Below are positions 13,205-24,400 of a stretch of DNA of 64,000 bases, in pieces. The translations under genes and the position numbers were made by a program. The notes beneath the pieces were generated by a model. The model did not search any database. It was not told the origin of the DNA and worked only from the letters and a program-made list of their open reading frames with translations. Where the stretch lies: assembly GCA_047495785.1 (NCBI GenBank), contig JBLDXI010000038.1:620001-684000 (forward strand), written 5' to 3'. Positions within the stretch are counted from its first letter, which is position 1. Every line of letters starts with the position of its first letter. This stretch comes from Lepidodermella squamata (lineage: Eukaryota > Animalia > Gastrotricha).

Positions 13205-14991
13205 ATGGAATTTTTGCGAAATTACGCCTCAGATGACGAGGCAGAAGTAGAAGCCGGTCAATTCTTTTTCGAATCCTATGAGGAGGATGAGGAAGACCCC
13301 GAAATCGTTGATGACGAGGATGATTTCGTCACCGAGAACCAGGCACCGGATGACGATGACTTCGATACCTTTGAAACCCTGCCGTACTCTATGTCGTTCG
13401 AAATGGCGAAAAATTACGTCAAGATGAACTACAAAGACATGTGGATCGATACCACGAAACGATCTAAAAACAAAATAACCTGCTACTACATTTGTAGCCG
13501 CCGCAAATCGGATGCGAAGGAATGCAAACGGAAAGGGACGTTAACCTGGGCTCCGGATATGGCCGCGTTTTCGTGCAGTGGGAAACACATCCATCCACCC
13601 GGCAAAGTTCGCATAACACCCGAAATTCGCAGCTACGTGGCTGACCACATCAACGACGCCCCGAAGTTTATCGCTCGCCAACTTCATGGGACTGGCATTA
13701 CGGACCGTCAAGTCTCAAACTTGAAACAGGTGATGAAGAGAAAGATTCAGGTATCAAGAGTCGGCCCTGCTGCCGTAGGCTCGTTCGGCACTGCAGAGCT
13801 TCGAGCTTGGTGCGAATCTCGCAGCGCCAGACCTGTCGGTGATAAGTCGCCTTATGTGATCAATTATGAAATCGACGAGCAGCCAGCGAAAAAAGGAGAA
13901 AAGCCTTTTGGACCGTGGTGATTTCTTGCAATTTTCTCCTCAATTTGCCAAGTGCTTTCAAATCGATGCGACCCACAAGGTCATCCAAGGAGGCCATAAA
14001 ATTTTCATTGGCGGTTCGTCAGATCGTAATCGAAAATTCCACCCGATCATTCTTGCTGTTGCCAGCAACGAAAACGGACGAGCCTACGAGGTGATTTTCA
14101 GAGGGCTGAAAAAATTTATGCCCCTGTACTTGTCAATCGCAGTCATGGCAGACGGCGATGGTTACATCACGACGGCTATTATCACGTGTTTCGGGCTTGA
14201 GATTATAAGGCTAATGTGTTACTTTCATATGAAGTTTAACTGCCGCAAATGGTTCGGAAGTAAGTGCTTTATTTGTTTTTCCGATGGTTTCAGATGGTTT
14301 ATTTGCTGTTACAGCGGGTAGAATAAAGCTTTGGTACGCGGTCCACGAATCACTTACTCTCGTTCAACTGGCGAAAGATTACGACGAGGTGATTTCCGAC
14401 GGTTTCAGACGATTATTAATTAATTTCTCTTTGCAGTTCCTAGTGTTATGGCTATTGACGAAGGATGAGCTTAGGGCTAGTCCTAATGCTGACGTCTACG
14501 AAGACTTCATCATTGATGATGAATCATCAAGTACTTTGAGCCAATATATATTTATGGTCCGCTGTCGTGTTGGTATGAAGGTGCCTCAGATTTTTGCGGA
14601 ACTAATAACGGAAACGAATCGCTTAATAATCGGCTAAAGGCTGAAGAAACCGATAGGACTGTCCATGCCCTCACTGCCTTTCTCTCGAAAACCGACGACG
14701 TGATCAATCACTGGGTTTTGGATTCGGTTCCTTTCGCCACCACACCAAGCATATCTGATCGACTCTACAAGGAAGGCTACCAGCTTCACACAAGATTCAA
14801 CAGCTGCTTCGAAAAAGTTTCGGATTCGTCCTGGCTTGTGGTCAAATCTGGGTGGCAAGTTGATGAATCGGTTAGTGAGGCGCGAGCTACGGGTGAATGG
14901 AGTAGTCTAGCTCAATTCGAGTGTGCCTTGGATTTTTGTTGCCTAACCTACGTCCAAGGATCCGAAGTCCGATGCACATGCAGAATCGGGT
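13205..14991 (+). pseudogene. MULE transposase, 5' part (Zn finger, DDE core, start of SWIM)
   Basis: YYICSRR..C..HIH (WRKY/FLYWCH-like), FQIDATHK, VMADGD, LMCYFH motifs; ends VRCTCRIG at the Polinton junction; frameshifted. Confidence 0.85.
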
Positions 14992-15220
14992 AGCAGATAG
15001 GAATTGCCGGAGCTAAGCCACTTGACGGCTTACGCCCTTTTTGGCAATTCGAGCCTGACCATGGAAATTGACAAAACATTTCAAGGACGTTTTGATTAAA
15101 TATTTAGTGTGTTTGAAATTACTTGGAAGATGAGCTATGGTAATTGCGCGTCCGTGGATGAGGAAACAATTTCAGTGTAATGGGGGAGTATTCGATGCCC
15201 AATCAGTGGAAATGAGTTGA
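14992..15220 (+). repeat. Left TIR of Polinton (perfect 14992-15066, imperfect to ~15220)
   Basis: Reverse complement of ~36420-36650. Confidence 0.9.
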
Positions 15221-15694
15221 GCTGATTTCCATTTCCGATGAATTAACTGCCCATTATTATTAAAAGCTGAAGCATTTTGTCTCGGTTTCAAGAATTTAAT
15301 GTTACCATGAGAACAACACAGGTAATAAAGGAGCAAAAGTTTCTTTTAACCCATTCCATTTTATTTTAAACCCACAACCAAAAACAAACATTAATATCAT
15401 ATATCAATTAATAATTAATATCATATTTTCATTGAGGCAGAAAGCAATGTATCGAGTCGGATGCATCATCTATTATCACACTCGGCGCATTCATAGTCTA
15501 TTATCAATCAGAGATCGAAAACTGAAGATATTAGGTCGAAAAAGAAAGTTGTTCATGGGTGAACGAGCCTTGACTCATTTCGCATCATATATTATTAACA
15601 CATATGTTATACAGAGGCACGAAAACGGCGAGAGAATGAAACAATGAGAGTGATGGAAAGGTCAACATTTCATTATTCTTGATTTATCTATGTG

Positions 15695-16403
15695 TTACTT
15701 ATCATCATAGGGAGGTAAATTTGAATATTTTTCTTCAAATTTATCAACTAAAGATAATACTCTATTTTGCAATCGCATAATTTCATTTAGAGGTATGTTA
15801 CAGAAAAGAAGACGAGGATATGCTTTGAATCCAACATAAAATTTGATTATCTTACCTATATATGGCTTCGAGAACTTAGTTTTATTGCTTAGATATGGTA
15901 AGAAACCATGGGAAGATTTTCGAATTTTTTCATACAAAGTTTTAGCGCGATAAAAGATCTTTCCTATCTCATATGTTCTAACAAGCATTTCCGACGCAGT
16001 ATTTTTAAACGCAGATATTATAGGCTCTGCAAAACTGAAAAGATCTTTCAAATTATCTAAACCTTCAAGATCACGCTGAGTTATGGGATCTACATGGGTT
16101 TCTCTACAAATGTCCGAAAATAGGTAATCGATTACTTCATCATCTGTAAGGATAGGTCGTTTCTCTCCAGTCACCGTCTAAAAATTAAGAAAAAACCCAT
16201 TTAATCAAACGGGTGAAAAGTCAAATTGCGCGTACTAACCTCAGCTACTGTCTCCTCATCCACTTGATCATCTTCCAATTCTTGACCAGCTCTCTGAGTA
16301 GCATGATTAAAGGGCTGGATCTTGAGTGGAGGCAGCGCATCAATATACTGCGTGATCTTGCTCAAACCCCCGCTTTCGCATTCGTCTGTTACCTTCGGTA
16401 GGC
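15695..16403 (-). CDS. Spliced Polinton accessory gene, DUF3102-like helical domain (5' exon(s) uncertain)
   Basis: Phase-0 GT-AG intron 16178-16239 joins ...ETVAE to TVTGEKR... in frame; polypyrimidine acceptor near 16404; YEIGKIFYRAK..HGFLPYL..FSKPYI motif. Confidence 0.55.
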
Positions 16404-17425
16404 TAAAGAATGAAAATAAAAAGAAGTTAAGAACATCAAATGCGGAAGAATCAAAAGAAATCATACCGATGATTTATATAATTTTTAACTTCTGTAAGAA
16501 CTTGCTGATATATATCGACGTCCATATTAAATATATCAAATCTTTCTATTAACTTCTTCGACGTCATCGTCAGACGGCTTCGGAAAAAACAGCGTTCTCG
16601 TGAACCCTTCACGATCCATCTAGAAAAAGGAAATTATCAGAGGTTAGCAGATTAAAAAGGTAAGAAAGCATGTCGCTAACAAATTCAGCCAGATTCATGG
16701 TAATCAAAACATCTGAGGAAGTGAGTAATGGAAGAAAGCTAAAAATCAACTCGAGCTAGCTGTAAGAGATGCCAAGACCTTGAAAAACATAGTCGCTAGT
16801 GCTAGACTAGCAAAAGCCTAAACTGTTCGTGCATATACATGACAAGTTGAAGCTTCAAGGACATCATACTAAATTTAGGAGGAGACAAACCAGCCAACCC
16901 GTATTGCAAGCCGCATATAACAAGCCGGCGCAGCCATCCTCACAGAAAGTCAAAATTGATCCACAACTAAAATGAGCCAAGTATTCGATAGCACTTCTCC
17001 CTTTCAACGTATCGGTAAGCGTGAAACAAGTGCGAAATACTCAAAAGATTAAGATTACCCGAACTGAGCAGTAACCTATAGGTAGAAAAGTTGTAAAGCG
17101 CGAGCACTCATCGAAAACGCCCGTTGAGCAGTAACAAATCTGAACTTTGAACGAAACATGGAGAAGTGTGAAGGAAAATAATTGTTAAACTGAAACAATA
17201 ATTACTGACAATAAAATAAAATACAAGAATATTTTTATTATTAATTTGAATAAATTAAATCAAGTTTTAGCCGCATGCTTTACATAAATTTCATCACCTG
17301 GGACGTTGTAAAAACCTGACAACATCTAAGGATTAAATGTAAGCTACCATGAGAATTTTAACCGCATGGACCACTTAAAATCCATGTAGACATTACTATA
17401 AATTCATATCTATAATGCAGGGCTT

Positions 17426-17465
17426 CTGAAAAAGAGGGTCGCGTAATGGGGACCCTCTTTTTCAG
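17426..17465. repeat. Perfect 15-bp inverted repeat with 10-nt loop
   Basis: CTGAAAAAGAGGGTC (17426-17440) and GACCCTCTTTTTCAG (17451-17465). Confidence 0.8.
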
Positions 17466-17889
17466 TAGGTCGTCTAATATGCTGGGGGACGCGGGGTTCG
17501 CAAGTGACATTCATAGAATAGTAAATTACCTTTTATTAAGACCATATTTTGTAAGAAAATCTTCAGATAGATCGTTAGCACAAGCTCGCTATCCATTATA
17601 TTCCGCTGAAAACTAGTTGAAGATTCACTTGAAAGCTTGGTTCATGAGACGGTTCGAGATATTTTAAGAGAAATGAAATTGATTTGATGTATTTTTATAC
17701 CATGGGCAGCAGAGCCGAAATTAATATCATCTTCTACTATAGTGTGAAACGATAAATATCAAGTAAATATTAAGTGTAATGTCTTAGAGGGAATTTTTGG
17801 GTCGGCAAGGGTTAGGTGCTGAGACCCACGCGTTTAAAAAATAATCCGCCGAACACCATGAAGTGAGACGAACGCATGTATAAATTGGG

Positions 17890-17990
17890 CCTCGCCCACT
17901 GGCATAGTGGTTAAGACACTACGCAGTGTTGTTTTGGGGTGCGGGTTCGATCCCCACCCGCTGCAAAATAAATTTAGCTTTCTGTTTTCT
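17890..17990 (+). ncRNA. Putative Pol III transcription unit (tRNA-like/VA-RNA-like), copy 1
   Basis: A-box TGGCATAGTGG 17900-17910; B-box GGTTCGATCC 17944-17953; TATAAAT just upstream; T-runs downstream; no acceptor stem or 7-nt anticodon loop; ends approximate. Confidence 0.55.
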
Positions 17991-19137
17991 ATATTTTCAT
18001 TTTCATTTAGAAAGTCGCTCCTGCATGAGCGAGTTATGACTCACCACCTACAAGACAACCCTCACAAAACCTCAAAATTAAGAAAGTCGCTCCTGCATGA
18101 GCGAGTTATGACTCACCACCTACAAGACAACCCTCACAAAACCTCAAAATTAAGAAAGTCGCTCCTGCATGAGCGAGTTATGATTCATCATTCACGACAG
18201 CTTCCTTAAAGAATCTGGAACCAAGATCCGAAAAGTCGCTCCTGCATGAGCGAGTTATGACTCACCACCTACAAGACAACCCTCACAAAACCTCAAAATT
18301 AAGAAAGTCGCTCCTGCATGAGCGAGTTATGACTCACCACCTACAAGACAACCCTCACAAAACCTCAAAATTAAGAAAGTCGCTCCTGCATGAGCGAGTT
18401 ATGATTCATCATTCACGACAGCTTCCTTAAAGAATCTGGAACCAAGTTCCGAAAAGTCGCTCCTGCATGAGCGAGTTATGACTCACCACCTACAAGACAA
18501 CCCTCACAAAACCTCAAAATTAAGAAAGTCGCTCCTGCATGAGCGAGTTATGATTCATCATTCACGACAGCTTCCTTAAAGAATCTGGAACCAAGATCCG
18601 AAAAGTCGCTCCTGCATGAGCGAGTTATGACTCACCACCTACAAGACAACCCTCACAAAACCTCAAAATTAAGAAAGTCGCTCCTGCATGAGCGAGTTAT
18701 GATTCATCATTCACGACAGCTTCCTTAAAGAATCTGGAACCAAGTTCCGAAAAGTCGCTCCTGCATGAGCGAGTTATGACTCACCACCTACAAGACAACC
18801 CTCACAAAACCTCAAAATTAAGAAAGTCGCTCCTGCATGAGCGAGTTATGATTCATCATTCACGACAGCTTCCTTAAAGAATCTGGAACCAAGTTCCGAA
18901 AAGTCGCTCCTGCATGAGCGAGTTATGACTCACCACCTACAAGACAACCCTCACAAAACCTCAAAATTAAGAAAGTCGCTCCTGCATGAGCGAGTTATGA
19001 TTCATCATTCACGACAGCTTCCTTAAAGAATCTGGAACTAAGATCCGAAAAGTCGCTCCTGCATGAGCGAGTTATGACTCACCATAAAATCCTTCAAATA
19101 ACACAATGAGCAGGAACTAATACATGTATTAATTGGG

Positions 19138-19238
19138 CCTCGCCCACTGGCATAGTGGTTAAGACATTGCGCAGTGTTGTTTTGGGGTGCGGGTTCGATC
19201 CCCACCCGCTGCAAAATAAATTTAGCTTTCTGTTTTCT
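19138..19238 (+). ncRNA. Putative Pol III unit, copy 2
   Basis: A-box at 19148-19158, B-box 44 nt later; near-identical to copy 1. Confidence 0.55.
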
Positions 19239-20534
19239 ATATTTTCATTTTCATTAAGAAAGTCGCTCCTGCATGAGCGAGTTATGACTCACCACCTACA
19301 AGACAACCCTCACAAAACCTCAAAATTAAGAAAGTCGCTCCTGCATGAGCGAGTTATGACTCATCATTCTCGACAGCTTCCTTAAAGAATCTGGAACCAA
19401 GATCCGAAAAGTCGCTCCTGCATGAGCGAGTTATGACTCACCACCTACAAGACAACCCTCACAAAACCTCAAAATTAAGAAAGTCGCTCCTGCATGAGCG
19501 AGTTATGACTCACCACCTACAAGACAACCCTCACAAAACCTCAAAATTAAGAAAGTCGCTCCTGCATGAGCGAGTTATGATTCATCATTCACGACAGCTT
19601 CCTTAAAGAATCTGGAACCAAGATCCGAAAAGTCGCTCCTGCATGAGCGAGTTATGACTCACCACCTACAAGACAACCCTCACAAAACCTCAAAATTAAG
19701 AAAGTCGCTCCTGCATGAGCGAGTTATGACTCACCACCTACAAGACAACCCTCACAAAACCTCAAAATTAAGAAAGTCGCTCCTGCATGAGCGAGTTATG
19801 ATTCATCATTCACGACAGCTTCCTTAAAGAATCTGGAACCAAGTTCCGAAAAGTCGCTCCTGCATGAGCGAGTTATGACTCACCACCTACAAGACAACCC
19901 TCACAAAACCTCAAAATTAAGAAAGTCGCTCCTGCATGAGCGAGTTATGATTCATCATTCACGACAGCTTCCTTAAAGAATCTGGAACCAAGATCCGAAA
20001 AGTCGCTCCTGCATGAGCGAGTTATGACTCACCACCTACAAGACAACCCTCACAAAACCTCAAAATTAAGAAAGTCGCTCCTGCATGAGCGAGTTATGAT
20101 TCATCATTCACGACAGCTTCCTTAAAGAATCTGGAACCAAGTTCCGAAAAGTCGCTCCTGCATGAGCGAGTTATGACTCACCACCTACAAGACAACCCTC
20201 ACAAAACCTCAAAATTAAGAAAGTCGCTCCTGCATGAGCGAGTTATGATTCATCATTCACGACAGCTTCCTTAAAGAATCTGGAACCAAGTTCCGAAAAG
20301 TCGCTCCTGCATGAGCGAGTTATGACTCACCACCTACAAGACAACCCTCACAAAACCTCAAAATTAAGAAAGTCGCTCCTGCATGAGCGAGTTATGATTC
20401 ATCATTCACGACAGCTTCCTTAAAGAATCTGGAACTAAGATCCGAAAAGTCGCTCCTGCATGAGCGAGTTATGACTCACCATAAAATCCTTCAAATAACA
20501 CAATGAGCAGGAACTAATACATGTATTAATTGGG

Positions 20535-20635
20535 CCTCGCCCACTGGCATAGTGGTTAAGACATTGCGCAGTGTTGTTTTGGGGTGCGGGTTCGATCCCC
20601 ACCCGCTGCAAAATAAATTTAGCTTTCTGTTTTCT
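20535..20635 (+). ncRNA. Putative Pol III unit, copy 3
   Basis: A-box at 20545-20555; same sequence as copy 2. Confidence 0.55.
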
Positions 20636-20965
20636 ATATTTTCATTTTCATTAAGAAAGTCGCTCCTGCATGAGCGAGTTATGACTCACCACCTACAAGA
20701 CAACCCTCACAAAACCTCAAAATTAAGAAAGTCGCTCCTGCATGAGCGAGTTATGACTCATCATTCTCGACAGCTTCCTTAAAGAATCTGGAACCAAGAT
20801 CCGAAAAGTCGCTCCTGCATGAGCGAGTTATGACTCACCACCTACAAGACAACCCTCACAAAACCTCAAAATTAAGAAAGTCGCTCCTGCATGAGCGAGT
20901 TATGACTCACCATAAAATCCTTCAAATAACACAATGAGCAGGAACTAATACATGTATTAATTGGG

Positions 20966-21066
20966 CCTCGCCCACTGGCATAGTGGTTAAGACATTGCGC
21001 AGTGTTGTTTTGAGGTGCGGGTTCGATCCCCACCCGCTGCAAAATAAATTTAGCTTTCTGTTTTCT
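20966..21066 (+). ncRNA. Putative Pol III unit, copy 4
   Basis: A-box at 20976-20986; one substitution (TGAGGT) relative to copies 2 and 3. Confidence 0.55.
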
Positions 21067-21454
21067 ATATTTTCATTTTCATTAAGAAAGTCGCTCCTGC
21101 ATGAGCGAGTTATGACTCACCACCTACAAGACAACCCTCACAAAACCTCAAAATTAAGAAAGTCGCTCCTGCATGAGCGAGTTATGACTCATCATTCTCG
21201 ACAGCTTCCTTAAAGAATCTGGAACCAAGTTCCGAAAAGTCGCTCCTGCATGAGCGAGTTATGATTCATCATTCTCGACAGCTTCCTTAAAGAATCTGGA
21301 ACCAAGTTCCGAAAAGTCGCTCCTGCATGAGCGAGTTATGACTCACCACCTACAAGACAACCCTCACAAAACCTCAAAATTAAGAAAGTCGCTCCTGCAT
21401 GAGCGAGTTATGATTCATCACAAACTTCCGTTGCACAGCCTCAAAACGAAGGCG

Positions 21455-24400
21455 TCAATGTACACTTATCATACCATAATGGCCATGAGCAAGCGTTGTT
21501 ACACCATCATCACACACCCATCGTTTATCATCGTATGGGCACAGAGCGAGTTTTGTACTTTGCATAGTTACTAGCTTATGATTGAAGGATCGGATTTGAT
21601 TGAATGTAGCTTTTGTTAAGACATGTTTTAATACGCAATTTTTATAATTTTCAAATTGTATTTGCTTTTTTACGCAATGTTTAACGACACCCTTAGCTTT
21701 CTTTACCGATGTCTCCTTATGTAGTTCTGTATTTTCTCCAGTCGTTGAAATTACTTCAGATTTGAAGCTATAGGATTTCGATCTCAAGCCGACGAATTCA
21801 GTAATAGTAGAGAGTGTTATACCTCCCGCACTTTCGTCTTTGAACTTACCAATAACTTTCTTGTTAACGTTTGAATGTAATGGATGGTCCTTAGGGTAGT
21901 CGCTAAAGTCCATCACCTCTTTATAACTATCTATATCCTTATATATATCCTCAGCTTGGACATGATAACACAGCGAATCGGTGTCTGTGAATAACAGCTT
22001 TGCCTTGTCACCATATTTTTTCTTGATCACATTGTAATGAAAATCATACATCAACGTCTTCGATAATTCTAAAACGCTGAAACCTACGATAATCGGGCGA
22101 TCGAATTTAATAGATGTCTTAGCCATATTTACGCTGCACAAATCTTCAGCAATAACTTTGGCATCTTTGAAATTTGGCTTGTTTATCAGTTTTTGTAACT
22201 TTGTGGGCTGAGTAACGAGTCTGATGTCTACTCTTTTTCTAAGGTTCTCCATGGTCTTTCCAAAAACTGCATTATTCAACAGCTTGAAGAAATCTTTCTC
22301 AAAATCATTCCTAGCTTCACTTCTCTTTTTCGTATTGAAATCAATATAAGGTGCCAACCATTTCGATTGGCTGAAGCTTAGAACCTTATGAACCTTCTTT
22401 AAAATCAAACCATTCTCCAGAGCCTGCCTCAGATTTCGATAATGAATGACGTAGTTTGTCTTATCATTGAGATTTTGAGTCAGTTTTGTTATAGATGGCG
22501 GTTTTGATAAATTCAAATTCTGCATGACAGTTTGCATATACGGACTGGGTTCGCAAAATGTTTGTTCGGGACAAAATGGATAATCATTATGAATATCGTG
22601 TAAGGTATTAGGGTATTCTAAATCTACCATTAATATATATCCCATATCATCGTCATCACCTAAATTCAATATAAAATCTGTGGTATATTTATCTAAGTTC
22701 TTTTCCCATTTGTAACGACCTAATGGTAGTGCTTGCGACATGGCATAGCCATACAGATTATTTGCATCCAAGTATAAAATATACGAGTCCGGCTTTGAGC
22801 GATCATATTCAACCATGTATTTGTTATTCGCTCCAGCGTATCTATGAGTGATTATGCTGACCCCACCGCGAATTCCCTCCTCTACAAATGTTAACATATC
22901 TTCATTCTCCAATAGTTCAATTCGAACACCAGTTTTCTTCAACATAGCATCCCACGACAAACTTGGCGCTGTTAAATAATGAGCAGGATCCAATGTGTAA
23001 TACTTCATACACGTATCTCTGAAGCTCTCGAAACAGTCGGCTAAGAGTAAAACATCGGTTTTTAAATAAAGGCTATGATAGTCTTTGAATTTTCGACATT
23101 GAAATTCTTTATACACGCGTTTAGCATGTTCATAAGCTTCCTGTGATATTGGTACTCGCCCTGATTTCCCATCAATCGAACTCGAGTGGAGACTGGTAGA
23201 GAAATGTTCCATATCAGGCAGTGAAGGTTCCTCCAGTTTTTCAGGACCATCTATATATTCATACGGATAGAATCCCTTCTGCTTTATCAGGTCAAGTTGC
23301 AGATCTGTTAATCTTGGAAACTGGCTTTTCAGATGAGGGAACCCACCGTTCGATTTTTTCAAATTCTGTACCAAATCAGCTAAACTTACCGGCATGAAGT
23401 TGAGGCTGTCTATGAACCTCAATCGGCCAATGCTGAAAGAGATGTATTTCTCAGAACTATTTGCGATGGCTCCTATCTGTAACAAACGTTTCTTCACATG
23501 AGATTTCTGCTCCTTCGGCAATTGCTCCCATTCTGATATTCTTTTATTATTAATTTCTTCTATTACCTTTCCCGCTGCTTGTAAAATCAAATGTGCATCA
23601 AAACCTTTCAAATTATGAAATACTACTGGAATATTGATATTCCTGTAGCTGTATTTCAAATTGCAGAAACTATGAGCTGCGCCTCTGTAATAGCCTGTCA
23701 AATGATCATGATCTCTCACTTTTTTCCATTTTTCTGACTCATCTGCAAAAGCTCCTTTACAAATATGGCATTGTGAAGCTTTGTTATATTCTGTTTTTTG
23801 CTGCCCTGTCAGCGTCATTGCTTTATTAGTATTCCTCAAATACGAAGTCAAGAAGGATTCCTGTTTCATCAGATATTTAAGAAATTCTTCAGTGCATTTC
23901 TCGCCCTCGAATGTTTTATACCTCGAGTTAATGCCCTCGACATCACTTGAAAGGTAAACACCGAAAGAGTTCGCTTCATGTTTTTGATAAATAGTGGAGC
24001 TGGCACCCTTTTTCTGATTGGTCTTCACGAGAAAACTCTCTGCGTCGCAATAAAATGCAAAAGGGATTTTCAACTGCTTGGCGTAATTTTTAAAAGTAAC
24101 CGATTCACCCTTAGGCATTTCAACTTTCACTTTTCCATCTTTCTCATTGCACTTCTTTTCATTGACATGATGCTGCCTGGATTCATCGCTATTAAAACCC
24201 TGAAAGCATCTGAAACACCAGAATCGCTTATGCTCATGCTTGTTAATTCCTGCCAACAGTGCACTAGGATTCTTGATCCAGCAGTAATGTGCTTGCTTGT
24301 TCTCAACAATTCTGAGAAGATTAACTTCTTCTAGGAATTTCTTGTCTGATACGTAAAACGGGAAGAGGACCTCCTTGTCGATTTTCCCGCATTCAATAAT

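Larger units (their letters stand above)
18011..21420 (+). repeat. Repeat-linker array: 41 copies of AAAGTCGCTCCTGCATGAGCGAGTTATGA(YTCAYCA) with 72-bp (A) and 77-bp (B) periods, in four blocks (15, 17, 4, 5 copies)
   Basis: Counted directly. Core stem TCGCTC/GAGCGA with 6-nt loop. Linker A CCTACAAGACAACCCTCACAAAACCTCAAAATTAAG; linker B TTCWCGACAGCTTCCTTAAAGAATCTGGAACYAAGWTCCGA; linker C leads into the next Pol III unit; linker D is terminal. Confidence 0.95.

Noticed and set aside
17893-17965. Functional tRNA genes
   Set aside because: No acceptor-stem pairing, mismatched T-stem and no 7-nt anticodon loop in any of the four copies.
18011-21420. Bona fide CRISPR array (core begins GTCGCTCC, like some type I-C repeats)
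   Set aside because: Only four reused, mutually related linker types; no cas genes; eukaryotic viral context. Kept as a repeat array with CRISPR-like layout only.
17907-21574. ORFs MVKTLRSVV... and MTHHLQDNP...
   Set aside because: By-products of the 72-bp (3n) repeat unit; mostly GTG starts inside the A-box, broken by every 77-bp unit.
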